A stretch of 59,830 nt of DNA from an uncultured Bacteroidota bacterium. GTDB lineage: Bacteria > Bacteroidota > Bacteroidia > Bacteroidales > CG2-30-32-10. The stretch spans positions 1 through 59,830 of the forward strand of contig CAISZK010000133.1 in NCBI GenBank assembly GCA_903889915.1. Direction: 5' to 3'. The stretch's first letter is position 1. The number at the start of each line of letters is the position of its first letter. Below are positions 29,611-39,436 of this stretch, one piece after another. The notes under the pieces were generated by a model that was given only the letters and a program-made list of their open reading frames with translations, was not told the origin of the DNA and made no database searches. Made by a program: the position numbers and the translations under genes.

Positions 29611-30036
29611 CTATCCTTCTAATTCTTTAACTAAAAAATATTTATTTAATGATTCTAATAATAACTCCGAAGGGAAACAAGGTCTTCGGGTCTTGTTATT
29701 GATAAATGCCAGGGTTACTTCTGCTGTATTTATGAGAGCGCCTGATTCGTTGTAAAATTCATACTCAAATTTCATCCTTGCCCGTGGTATCTCCCTCAAG
29801 ATTGTTTTTACTGTAAGCAATTCGTCATAAAACGCAGGTTTGATAAAATTGAATTTCATTGAAATTACGGGCATAAAAATACCACTGTCCTCAATTTCTT
29901 TATAACAGGTACCCATTTCGCGCATAGCTTCTATGCGTGCTGTTTCGCAATAAACCACATATTTGGAATGGTGCAGATACCCCATTTGGTCAGTGTCGGT
30001 ATAGCCAACCCTGATCAATGTTTCATGTGTGAACAT
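29611..30036 (-). CDS. YbgC/FadM-family acyl-CoA thioesterase
   Basis: RVGYTDTDQMGYLHH hotdog motif. Confidence 0.88.
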   Translation of the reverse strand: MFTHETLIRVGYTDTDQMGYLHHSKYVVYCETARIEAMREMGTCYKEIEDSGIFMPVISMKFNFIKPAFYDELLTVKTILREIPRARMKFEYEFYNESGALINTAEVTLAFINNKTRRPCFPSELLLESLNKYFLVKELEG

Positions 30037-30039
30037 AGA

Positions 30040-30396
30040 CTAATTGTTGCAACCCTCATGACTGTGGCAGCCAATTCCACTATCGGTAATGTTTTCTTGC
30101 AGGTATGCATTTATCACATCTTTTACGTTCCCGCTGCATCCGCGATAGACATCAATTCCACTCATGTTTAAAACATTTAAAGCGCCCTCGCCCATATTTC
30201 CGGCAAGCATGGTTTTAACACCCATGTTGGCAAGTATTGGCGCTATGTTCGATTTACATCCGCAACCTTCGGGCGATTTCATCATTTCTTCATTGACAAC
30301 TTTATTATTTTCAATTGTAAATATTGTGTAATATTCGCAATGTCCGAAATGGTCATCTACATTCTCGTTTCTTGTTGGTACCGCTACTTTAGCCAT
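30040..30396 (-). CDS. NifB/NifX-family FeMo-cofactor-binding-like protein
   Basis: VAVPT...HFGHC...GNMGEGA. Confidence 0.88.
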   Translation of the reverse strand: MAKVAVPTRNENVDDHFGHCEYYTIFTIENNKVVNEEMMKSPEGCGCKSNIAPILANMGVKTMLAGNMGEGALNVLNMSGIDVYRGCSGNVKDVINAYLQENITDSGIGCHSHEGCNN

Positions 30397-30417
30397 TATT
30401 CTCTGCTTTTATTTAAA

Positions 30418-30831
30418 TTAATTTTTAGATATTTTATTGAAATCTTTTTCGTTCCATTCAAGATTGGTTAAATCACCTTTTATAAAAATTTTGACCAATT
30501 CTCTCACATTTCCTTTACAATTGAAGTAAACTTTTATGCCATGAAAAACTAACAGTTCAATTTCTTCAATTCCAATTTTTCCTGTCAGCATTATTTCAAC
30601 TCCCTTCTCTGCCAATAACAGTGCAACACTTGCGCTGTTCAATGAATCATCAGGTACAGTAAAAGTCTCCTCTTTAATTATATTTTCAAACGCAACAGTA
30701 TAGATCATATAAAACGGACAAGTCCCAATATAATCCATTACCATTTCATTGTAAGTAGGGATTGCTATTTTCATTTTAAAATTATCCATTTTTAACTTTG
30801 TTGTTTTGAATTTATTTACTGTCTTTGACAA
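30418..30831 (-). CDS. NifB/NifX-family protein, divergent (start uncertain)
   Basis: MKIAIPT...G.C...GVEIMLTGKIG. Confidence 0.7.
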   Translation of the reverse strand: MSKTVNKFKTTKLKMDNFKMKIAIPTYNEMVMDYIGTCPFYMIYTVAFENIIKEETFTVPDDSLNSASVALLLAEKGVEIMLTGKIGIEEIELLVFHGIKVYFNCKGNVRELVKIFIKGDLTNLEWNEKDFNKISKN

Positions 30832-31240
30832 CCGGTTTGATCAAATTAACCAATTCACCTTGTCCATATAGTTTGCAGTTTATGCATCGTATATGATTCT
30901 TTTTCCCGTCAATTAATTTGTAGCATTTCATACATCTGAGCCATTCATCATTAAATTCAACATTTCCTCCCACAATTTCTATTGATTTTCCTTCAACAAA
31001 GGCAGTGGCAATTTTTTTAAGTGCATTGTTGTATAAACGGGTAAAAGTAGGTCTCGAAATTTCCATCCTTGCAGCTGCTTCATCCTGCTGCAGGTTGTCG
31101 TAGTTAATAAATTTAAAGCCTTCAAATTCATCATAATTCAAAATAATACTTTCGGTCTTGCACCTTTGAAGCCCATAAGGCTTATAGCCTATCATCTTTG
31201 GCGGTGTGCTGACTTTTCTACTATTGGTCGGTCTTGACAT
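30812..31240 (-). CDS. DUF134 family putative DNA-binding protein
   Basis: MSRP...QDEAAARMEISRPTFTR...KKIA.A.VEGK.I.I.GG. Confidence 0.88.
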   Translation of the reverse strand: MSRPTNSRKVSTPPKMIGYKPYGLQRCKTESIILNYDEFEGFKFINYDNLQQDEAAARMEISRPTFTRLYNNALKKIATAFVEGKSIEIVGGNVEFNDEWLRCMKCYKLIDGKKNHIRCINCKLYGQGELVNLIKPVVKDSK

Positions 31241-31242
31241 GG

Positions 31243-31860
31243 TTAATTTCGTTTGGATGTTAACAAAAAAACAGGGTATTCTTTTATTGTTTCATTTTCA
31301 TTTTTGCGTTTTATTGTAAAACAATTGTAATGAGAAATGTTTGAAAAATGATGCTTTTCCAATATTGCAGAAAGTTCGGCAATATCAAATCCTTTATGCC
31401 CATTAAAATCTGCCCCGTGAAAAGACCCATCTTCTGCATAAAGATCAGCAATAAAAAGTATTCCCTGAGGATTTAATAACTGATGAAAGCGGTCAAAAAG
31501 AATTTCAATGTTTGTTACATGGTGAAGCGCCATTTGTGTGTATATGATGTCAAATTTCTCATTGTTTAATTCCTCTTTTTCCAAATCAAACAAAAGGGTT
31601 TTCATATTTTTTACACCTGAAGCAGCAATTTTATCATTTGTCATTCTGATCATTTCTTCAGAACTGTCAATTAAAACGATTTTCCAGAAATAATCTTTCA
31701 ATAAAAAGCTAAGTATTGCAGTACCTGCGCCGAATTCCATTCCTTTCATTAAATGCTGTAATGATGTGGAGTTAATTATTCCATTTGCAATAGCAACTGA
31801 GCGTTCCTTATGCATTGGATTATCATCCCAACTCTGCGCTTTCAGATCAAATTCATTCAT
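31243..31860 (-). CDS. Class I SAM-dependent methyltransferase
   Basis: EFGAGTA motif I; MALHHV; EDGSFH...HKGF. Confidence 0.85.
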   Translation of the reverse strand: MNEFDLKAQSWDDNPMHKERSVAIANGIINSTSLQHLMKGMEFGAGTAILSFLLKDYFWKIVLIDSSEEMIRMTNDKIAASGVKNMKTLLFDLEKEELNNEKFDIIYTQMALHHVTNIEILFDRFHQLLNPQGILFIADLYAEDGSFHGADFNGHKGFDIAELSAILEKHHFSNISHYNCFTIKRKNENETIKEYPVFLLTSKRN

Positions 31861-31879
31861 TATTACCAGAATTTTTTTG

Positions 31880-31905
31880 CAAAGATAATGAACCTACGTT
31901 CATAA
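31880..31905 (-). promoter_or_regulatory. -7 promoter motif (TATCTTTG) with adjacent palindromic operator ATGAAC-N4-GTTCAT
   Basis: caaagata at 31880-31887 followed directly by atgaacctacgttcat at 31888-31903. Confidence 0.55.
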
Positions 31906-32238
31906 CTAAAAAATTATTTGTTAACTTAGCTGAAATAAAAAAGTGACTATTTTCATGCTTTTTCCTCTAATTACTTTTAAGCAACATAGGAATTGGTAGA
32001 ATAATAATTTAAAAAATAATACTCAAAAAAAGTAAAATGGCGAGTGCTTTCTCCTAAATTTTATGGGAACTCGATCGGTTGATATTACTTTAAGAAATCG
32101 CAGCCCCCCTTGCCGGATGGAATTACTGTTCCGGATAAAAACTTTTTGTCAGAATTAAAATGAATTTGCCGGGATGTACTGTTCTTGCTGCCTGTAGCAA
32201 GTTTTACTTTTATTAATCATTTCAAAACATTTAAAAAC

Positions 32239-32613
32239 ATGGACAAATTAATGTATTTTTTTGCAAAAATAATGTTCAATTATGCTGATTCGTTTGAATT
32301 GATGGCATTGTGCAAATTGAACTATATTGAGGCTTCAGGAAATTATTCAAATTATCATTTTACCGGAAGCCAAATAAAATTGGTAACATCTAATCTAAAA
32401 CACTGCTGCGAGACCCTGCAATTTGAATACCTATACAGGGTTTGCAATAGTTTTGCCATTAATGTGCTGAATGTGGCATGTTATGATAAGAGTAGCTTTA
32501 CAATTACGTTTCGTGATGGGTCAACATTGGTTATACCTGAAGGACACAATACGTCTTTTAAGAAATTTATGCAATCAAAGTTTCCCTGCAATGGGTGTGA
32601 TAATAGTCATTAG
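32239..32613 (+). CDS. Stand-alone LytTR DNA-binding-domain protein
   Basis: YIEASGNYS...RVCNSFAINVLNV LytTR-like pattern; no receiver domain. Confidence 0.65.
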   Translation: MDKLMYFFAKIMFNYADSFELMALCKLNYIEASGNYSNYHFTGSQIKLVTSNLKHCCETLQFEYLYRVCNSFAINVLNVACYDKSSFTITFRDGSTLVIPEGHNTSFKKFMQSKFPCNGCDNSH

Positions 32614-32682
32614 TCATTAGTCATTTTCAAATTGAAAATCTTAAATCTTTTTATGGTCATTGGGTCATTAGTCATTGGTCAG
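32604..32682. repeat. RGTCATT heptamer arrays
   Basis: agtcattagtcattagtcatt ... ggtcattgggtcattagtcattggtca. Confidence 0.7.
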
Positions 32683-32994
32683 TTGCATTTGTTATTTGCT
32701 TAAAGCAAGGTTTCTGAGGTTGCAGACAGCTGTTTTTGTATTGATTATGGGATTAAGAGAAGGTGAAATTGAGGCTTAGATGGGTTTTTGCATATTGCAA
32801 AAAAAATCCATACTTATAAAAACCCATTCCATAATAACAAAAAACCTGTTTTGCACAATGGTTAAGAATTTCAGCTTGTTGCATTAACCGGATTTATACT
32901 TTTGTTGCGAATTAGCTCCGAAGGGTAACCTCGATGACTGCGGAGTTAATAATTAAAGTAAAACCTGCGAGGATAAACTAAAAAATTATATTCA

Positions 32995-33681
32995 ATGGCA
33001 GCAGAACAACCCAATGATCCAGCTAAACACTATGATCCAAATGACCCCGTAGCTGTGGCATTTCTTTGCAACCGGTTATTGTCGGAAGGTATGTATTTTC
33101 ATGATAACATATTTGATGGCATTCCGGTATTAAAAGCTACGTTTACAACCGTAACAAATGAGCTTGTAACGCTCATTTCTCAATGCAAGGGCAATAGCCT
33201 TAAGATTAAAGAACGCGATTCCAAATGCAAAGTTGCAAATGGTTATTTAGATCAAAATTTCTTGTATGCAAAAGTAAAATGCAATCACGATATTTCGATG
33301 ATCGGACTTTCCGGGTTCGATTCAAAATATCAACCAACAAAAATTGGAGTGCCTGAAACTATCAGCATTCTGAATGTTAAAGATGGCAAAGAAGAAGGTA
33401 CCTACAAAATTTCAGTTAAAAGAAAGAGCTATAAAAAGATGGGAGGCCAGGCTCCAAAAGCGCCTAGAAGACCTGTAAAATTTGATGTTGAAATTACACC
33501 CAGCCCGGAAGATCCAAAATCATGGGTGTCTATCCTTACAGGAAGGGCAAGCACAAAACTTATTTTTGATGGAACTTATGTAGCTCCTTTAAGAAAGAAT
33601 TATGTTCGTGTTTTTTCCGTTAATTCAGCAGGCAGAAGTCAACCAAGTGTCCCTTTTCCTTTTACTCCAAGAATACTGTAG
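32995..33681 (+). CDS. Hypothetical protein, helical N-terminus with FN3-like C-terminal domain
   Basis: 228-aa ORF with its own promoter and terminator; C-terminal YVRVFSVNSAGRSQPS FN3-like ending. Confidence 0.65.
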   Translation: MAAEQPNDPAKHYDPNDPVAVAFLCNRLLSEGMYFHDNIFDGIPVLKATFTTVTNELVTLISQCKGNSLKIKERDSKCKVANGYLDQNFLYAKVKCNHDISMIGLSGFDSKYQPTKIGVPETISILNVKDGKEEGTYKISVKRKSYKKMGGQAPKAPRRPVKFDVEITPSPEDPKSWVSILTGRASTKLIFDGTYVAPLRKNYVRVFSVNSAGRSQPSVPFPFTPRIL

Positions 33682-33708
33682 TCACAGGTAGTCCATAATT
33701 GGAATAAT

Positions 33709-33747
33709 AAAACTTTCCGGGATTTTAAAACCGGAAAGTTTTTTTTT
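33709..33747 (+). terminator. Intrinsic terminator
   Basis: aaaactttccgg...ccggaaagtttt stem followed by a T-tract. Confidence 0.8.
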
Positions 33748-33917
33748 GCGCACAAATGTTTTTCAAAGATACATACCTACAATTAAAATTGTATATCAAT
33801 TCAGGAAAAGTAATATCGCTTTTAGCTCAGACATGCTAACTGTCTATTAAAAAAGGATATTCCTTAACCGTGCAATACATTCTCAATTAAAAACTAAATA
33901 CTGCTTATTGTGCAACT

Positions 33918-34185
33918 GATGCTGTGTCTTTGAAATTTGTAGCAGCATCATGTAAATTTGATGCAGTAAATTTTAAAAATGATGCGGTAAAAATAAAATT
34001 TGTCGCACCAAATTTTCCATGATATTGCAGCATTTGTTGCAAAAGACATGATCTGTGTTTTATTTGTGGCAGCAAATTTTGCATTTGTCACAGCAAATTT
34101 TATAAATGATGCAGCAAAAATTAAATTTGATGCAAGAAGTTTTGCATTTGTTGAAACAAATTTTTGAAATGGTGCGGCAAATTTA
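33918..34185. repeat. Degenerate 21-bp periodic array
   Basis: Units like gatgcagcaaaaattaaattt start at 33918, 33939, 33960, 33981, 34002, 34066, 34087, 34108, 34129, 34150, 34171. Confidence 0.65.
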
Positions 34186-34292
34186 TCCGGTTAATCATTG
34201 TTTGGAATTTGAGACTTGCGACTTGGATTTTTTTTGAAAGTTTAATTTTGCATAATGATATTTTTGTAATTTTGACGAAAAGTAATTTGATC

Positions 34293-34435
34293 ATGAAACG
34301 ATTATTTTACACACTGCTCTTATTCTACTTTGCAGCGCCAGCTATGGACAAACTGATTACAGTAGCAATGGTATAAGATTTTTGATAAATATCCCGGATG
34401 GTAAAATGAAGAATGCAATGTTGCAGCAATAATAA
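34293..34435 (+). pseudogene. Frameshifted N-terminal fragment of an exported protein
   Basis: MKRLFYTLLLFY in one frame continues as SASYGQTDYSSN in another frame; no body follows. Confidence 0.3.
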
Positions 34436-34452
34436 ACTTTTAGGTTTTAACA

Positions 34453-37365
34453 ATGGCATTAAACTGGAACGAAATAAAATCAAGGGCAATCAGGTTTTCT
34501 AAAGAGTGGGAAAATGAAACACGAGAGGAAGCTGAAGCAAAATCATTTTGGGATGACTTTTTCGATATTTTTGGCATATCCCGCAAAAGGGTCGCCATAT
34601 TTGAAATGAAGGTTACCAAAGAAAATCGCAAAGATGGCTATATTGATTTGCTTTGGAAAGGGCATTTACTTATTGAACACAAGTCGTCAGGCAAAAACCT
34701 TGACCGTGCCTATAAACAAGCAACAGAATATTTCCCCGGACTTAAAGAATATGAATTACCCAAGTACATTTTGGTTTGCAATTTTCAACATTTCCGACTT
34801 TATGATTTAGAAGAGAACATACAAGTAAACTTTGATTTGATTGACTTGGTAAAGAATGTAAAGCATTTTGCATTTATTGCAGGTTATCAAAAGCGAGTTT
34901 ATAAAGAGGAAGACCCTGTAAATATTAAAGCTGCTGAATTAATGGGGAGCCTCCATGATAAACTTCTTGAGGTGGGCTACAAAGGGCATCAACTGGAAGT
35001 ATATCTTGTAAGGCTTTTGTTTTGTTTGTTCGCTGATGATACATCCATTTTTACAACTGGAATTTTTGAAGAATATATTGCGCAGCGCACCAATGAAGAT
35101 GGCAGTGATTTGGCCGCACATCTTTCACAAATTTTTGAAATACTAAATACCCCGCCTGAAAATCGTTTAAAGAACATTGAGGAGAATCTGGCAGCATTTC
35201 GTTATATCAATGGTAAACTTTTTGAAGAAAGTTTGCCTATGGCTTCGTTCAATAGTAAAATGCGTAACATCCTGTTAAAATCCTGCGCACTTGATTGGGG
35301 AAAAATTTCACCTGCAATTTTCGGTTCTCTTTTTCAAAGTGTCAAGAATAAAGAGGCACGGAGAGAAATGGGTGAGCATTACACTTCTGAAAAAAATATC
35401 TTAAAACTGATCAAATCGCTATTTCTTGATGAATTATGGCGTGAATTCGAATCAGTGAAAGATAACAGGAATAAACTACTGAAATTCCATGACAAAATTT
35501 CTTCCCTTCGTTTTCTTGACCCTGCTTGTGGATGTGGCAATTTTTTAGTGATTACCTACAGAGAAATTCGCCTGCTTGAAATTGAAATTATCAAAGCCTT
35601 GCAAAAAGGCCAAATGGTTACCGATATTTCCAATTTAATTAATGTAGATGTTGACCAATTCTATGGCATAGAAACCGAAGAGTTTCCTGCACAAATTGCA
35701 CAGGTAGCAATGTGGCTTATGGACCACCAGATGAACTTGAAAATGATGGAAATTTTCGGGAATTATTATGAACGATTACCTTTGCGCAAAAGTGCGACAA
35801 TTATAAATCGAAATGCTCTTACAACCGATTGGCAAAGTTTATTAAATCCCGTAAATACTTTCGATGTTGTTGCTAAGCATGCAAATATTTATGAAGTAGA
35901 AGAACCACCTGAAGAATACAAAACCGTAAATATAAAAACCGAAACATACACAGTTTATAAAGGCAAATTACCACCGCCTCAAATACAAATCAGGTTCAAC
36001 TACATTTTTGGTAACCCACCATTTATTGGTAAGCAGCATCAGAAAGCAGAACAAAAATCCGATATGGAATTAATCTGGCGGGGTGTTAACGGCGCAGGAG
36101 TATTGGATTATGTTAGCTGCTGGTATCTCAAAGCTGCACAATATTTGAATTCATATTCTCAGCAAACTGATGAAGACAATGAAGATGAAACAAAAGTTGC
36201 ATTTGTTTCCACAAACTCCATTGCACAAGGCGAACAGGTGGGTATATTATGGAATGAATTGTTTAATAAGCATAAAATAAAAATACATTTTGCTCACCGA
36301 ACTTTTAAATGGAGTAATGAGGCAAGAGGGAAGGCAGGTGTTTATGTTGTTATTGTTGGATTCTCAAATTGTGATTCTTCCGAAAAATACATATACGAAT
36401 ATGAAACTGTAAAATCAGAACCGCATGTAAGAAAGGTGAAAAATATTAATCCTTATCTTATTGAAGCGGGCGATTTTGTTATTTTAAAAAGAAGAAAACC
36501 AATTTGTAATGTTCCTGAAATTTCATTTGGCAGTATGCCCAATGATGGCGGACATTTCCTTTTTACTGATGCTGAAAAGAAAGAATTTTTAAAGATTGAA
36601 CCTGAAGCGAAAAAATTTATTAAGCCATTGCTTTCTGCAAAGGAATTTTTAAATGGAGAAAAGCGCTGGTGCCTTTGGCTTACCGAAATTGAACCTTCTG
36701 AATTAAGGCAATTACCTGAAACCTCAAATCGGGTAAAATTAGTAAAAGAACTTCGCAACAATAGTAATCGTGAAGCGACAAAGAAATTGGCATCTTTCCC
36801 TACTTTGTTTGGCGAAAACAGGCAACCGGATCATGATTATATATTAATACCTCGTGTAACATCTGAAAACAGAAAGTATATTCCATTGGGATTTTTTAAT
36901 AAAAATTTCATTGTAAGTGACACTTGTTTATTCGTGCCAAATGGCAAATTGTTTCATTTTGGTGTTATGATGTCTGAAATGCACATGGCATGGGTGAACT
37001 ATGTTTGTGGTAGATTAGAAAGCCGTTTCCGCTATTCAAATGAAATTGTCTATAATAATTATCCCTGGCCCGAAAACCCCACAGAAAAACAAATAATGGC
37101 AATTGAAAAAGCAGCACAAAAAGTTTTGGATGTTCGCAAGGAATATGAAGGAAGCAGTTTGTCCGATCTTTATGATCCTATAGCAATGCCACCCAAATTG
37201 GTAAAAGCCCACCAGGAATTAGATAAAGCCGTTGACCTTAGCTATCGGTCAAATCCATTTCCGGGAGAAACAAAGAGAATTGAATTTTTATTTGATTTGT
37301 ATGAGAAATATACGGCAGGGATGTTCGTAGGAATAGAGAAGAAAAAAAAAAATTATCGTTCTTGA
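34453..37365 (+). CDS. MmeI-like Type IIL restriction-modification enzyme (fused REase + N6-adenine MTase + TRD)
   Basis: IDLLWKGHLLIEHKS PD-ExK; GEHYTS; DPACGCGNFL; GNPPF; GRLESRFRYS. Confidence 0.9.
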   Translation: MALNWNEIKSRAIRFSKEWENETREEAEAKSFWDDFFDIFGISRKRVAIFEMKVTKENRKDGYIDLLWKGHLLIEHKSSGKNLDRAYKQATEYFPGLKEYELPKYILVCNFQHFRLYDLEENIQVNFDLIDLVKNVKHFAFIAGYQKRVYKEEDPVNIKAAELMGSLHDKLLEVGYKGHQLEVYLVRLLFCLFADDTSIFTTGIFEEYIAQRTNEDGSDLAAHLSQIFEILNTPPENRLKNIEENLAAFRYINGKLFEESLPMASFNSKMRNILLKSCALDWGKISPAIFGSLFQSVKNKEARREMGEHYTSEKNILKLIKSLFLDELWREFESVKDNRNKLLKFHDKISSLRFLDPACGCGNFLVITYREIRLLEIEIIKALQKGQMVTDISNLINVDVDQFYGIETEEFPAQIAQVAMWLMDHQMNLKMMEIFGNYYERLPLRKSATIINRNALTTDWQSLLNPVNTFDVVAKHANIYEVEEPPEEYKTVNIKTETYTVYKGKLPPPQIQIRFNYIFGNPPFIGKQHQKAEQKSDMELIWRGVNGAGVLDYVSCWYLKAAQYLNSYSQQTDEDNEDETKVAFVSTNSIAQGEQVGILWNELFNKHKIKIHFAHRTFKWSNEARGKAGVYVVIVGFSNCDSSEKYIYEYETVKSEPHVRKVKNINPYLIEAGDFVILKRRKPICNVPEISFGSMPNDGGHFLFTDAEKKEFLKIEPEAKKFIKPLLSAKEFLNGEKRWCLWLTEIEPSELRQLPETSNRVKLVKELRNNSNREATKKLASFPTLFGENRQPDHDYILIPRVTSENRKYIPLGFFNKNFIVSDTCLFVPNGKLFHFGVMMSEMHMAWVNYVCGRLESRFRYSNEIVYNNYPWPENPTEKQIMAIEKAAQKVLDVRKEYEGSSLSDLYDPIAMPPKLVKAHQELDKAVDLSYRSNPFPGETKRIEFLFDLYEKYTAGMFVGIEKKKKNYRS

Positions 37366-37606
37366 TATGTAGCACAACGCAAACTGGCTACAATTGAATG
37401 TGTAACGGATTAAAATCCTTATAATAAAACAGCAGAGATTGCAAATCCCTTCTGGCAGAAATGGTGCTACAAATTTTTAAGCCTGCTTAACCTTTCACAA
37501 GATAATAACTATCAATTTCAATAAGAAAAGATTGATCTGCAATTTTTGGTTTTGCTGTTCGATTATTTTTTTTACTCTATTCTTAACGCTAATTATTATT
37601 AGATTT

Positions 37607-38011
37607 TCAGAAAGCCCCTATAACTGACTTAACGATCTCAATAACTTCATCAGAAGCGCCACTCACAGCATCAAGTGTGGCAGCAGGTAATCCTGATGCC
37701 ATAGCTTCCATGTTAAGCAGGGCAACATACGTTTTTCTATCTTCTTTTTCGTAAACGGAAATACGGCATGGCATCATCACAGAAACTATTCTTTCGTCGC
37801 TTTTCTCCAGCATAGCGCCAGAATACTTTGGTTTGCAAATTTCAATTACCTGCACGGGTCTTACTTCTTTGCCTGATTTAGCAAGGGACTGCTGAAGATT
37901 GTGAGTGGCCGGATTTTGCCATTCTCTTTGTATTGCTGATGCAATAAGTTTTTCAACTGTAGCAGGCACGTCAAATGGGCTGACCTGCTCAATAAAAATC
38001 TGGTTTGTCAT
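37607..38011 (-). CDS. DUF302 family protein
   Basis: HNLQQSL...VIEICKP...MMPCRISVYE. Confidence 0.85.
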   Translation of the reverse strand: MTNQIFIEQVSPFDVPATVEKLIASAIQREWQNPATHNLQQSLAKSGKEVRPVQVIEICKPKYSGAMLEKSDERIVSVMMPCRISVYEKEDRKTYVALLNMEAMASGLPAATLDAVSGASDEVIEIVKSVIGAF

Positions 38012-38131
38012 AAAAAATAATTGTTATTTTGTTACACTTTTAAATTGTCAAACTGCTATACTGTTACTGAAAAAAAATGATGTTCTCTGAATATTTTTAC
38101 CTGAAAACCATTAAACAATTAAACAGTTTTT

Positions 38132-39400
38132 TCAATTCATTTCTTTTGCAATTGCAATAGCAGCAATGGTTCCATCAGCAACCGCAGTTGTTATTTGTCT
38201 GTACTTTTTACTGATAACATCGCCCACTGCATACACTCCGGGCATACTGCTAAGCATGTCTTCATTGGTTTTGATATATCCCCATTTATCGAGTTCCAGT
38301 TTATCACGGAACAAATCAATATTTGGTTTCATTCCGATAAATACAAATACGCCATCACTTTCAAGTTTTGAATGTTCTTTGGTTTTGAGGTTCTCAATTT
38401 CGGTAACCATCTTACCCCCTTCGCGTGTAAACGACCTGGGTTCACATTCAAAACGGGTGCTGACCTTTGGGTTTGCCAATAACTTTTCTATTGCCTGCTT
38501 ATTGGCAGTAAATGCATCGAACTGATGCACCATAGTTATCTTTGAAGCAAACTTGCTGATAAAATCAGCCTCCTCAACTGCTGAGTTGCCACCACCAATG
38601 ATTACCACTTCCTTGTCTCCATAATATTTTGCATCACAGGTAGCGCAATAAGAAATTCCTTTCCCTTTTAACTCCTTCTCTCCCGGAATTCCCATCAGGT
38701 TGGGTGAAGTCCCTGTTGCAATGATAATCCTCTTCGCCCTGATGCTCTCGTATTCATCAATGATAACCTCTTTTTTTTCAAGGTTTATCTGGGAAACATC
38801 CACAGCAACTTTATACACTGTACCGCACAATTTAGTCTGTTCCGACATATTATGTGAAAGCAGATAACCAGGTTGAGGATCAATAAAACCGGGATAATTG
38901 GATACTTCATGCGTTGTGGAAACATGGCCACCGGGAAGTGCAATATCAATAAGTACTGTGTTTATTTTCGACTGGCAGAGGTATAAACCGGCAGTGAGTC
39001 CGCCGGGACCTGCTCCAAGAATCATCACGTCATAATTTGAAAAACAGGATTTAATTTGTGATTTGATTTCTTTCACTCTTTCATCCGGTAGCATGTTGTC
39101 CAAATGATGGATGATTTCGCTTCGTTTGATACCACCAGTCAAGCTATGCGAAGATATGATTCCATTATCAAAAAACAGCAGTGTAGGTGATGATTTTACT
39201 TCAAGCTTTTCGGCAAGCTCACGATTTTGCTGCCTGAAAATTTTCAAGAACTTAATGTCTTTGCCATAAAGAGCAGAAAGGTTTTCATATTTTGGTGCCA
39301 GCGCTTCGCAGGGTGGGCATTCCGAGGAATAAAAATCAAGTACAACTCTCCCTCCGTTTAATACTTCTTTTTCAAAATCACTGCTTGTTATTTCTTTCAT
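38132..39400 (-). CDS. Thioredoxin-thioredoxin reductase fusion
   Basis: N-terminal DFYSSECPPC Trx domain; GAGPGG, SYCATCD, GGGNSA, AVGD TrxR motifs. Confidence 0.9.
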   Translation of the reverse strand: MKEITSSDFEKEVLNGGRVVLDFYSSECPPCEALAPKYENLSALYGKDIKFLKIFRQQNRELAEKLEVKSSPTLLFFDNGIISSHSLTGGIKRSEIIHHLDNMLPDERVKEIKSQIKSCFSNYDVMILGAGPGGLTAGLYLCQSKINTVLIDIALPGGHVSTTHEVSNYPGFIDPQPGYLLSHNMSEQTKLCGTVYKVAVDVSQINLEKKEVIIDEYESIRAKRIIIATGTSPNLMGIPGEKELKGKGISYCATCDAKYYGDKEVVIIGGGNSAVEEADFISKFASKITMVHQFDAFTANKQAIEKLLANPKVSTRFECEPRSFTREGGKMVTEIENLKTKEHSKLESDGVFVFIGMKPNIDLFRDKLELDKWGYIKTNEDMLSSMPGVYAVGDVISKKYRQITTAVADGTIAAIAIAKEMN

Positions 39401-39436
39401 TTTTCTTTCGTTATTTAATAAAATGGTTTGTAAAAA

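Noticed and set aside
30040-30831. Nitrogen fixation genes
   Set aside because: NifX-like domains are common outside diazotrophs; no nifHDK here.
33918-34185. CRISPR array
   Set aside because: Contiguous degenerate units with no unique spacers and no cas genes.
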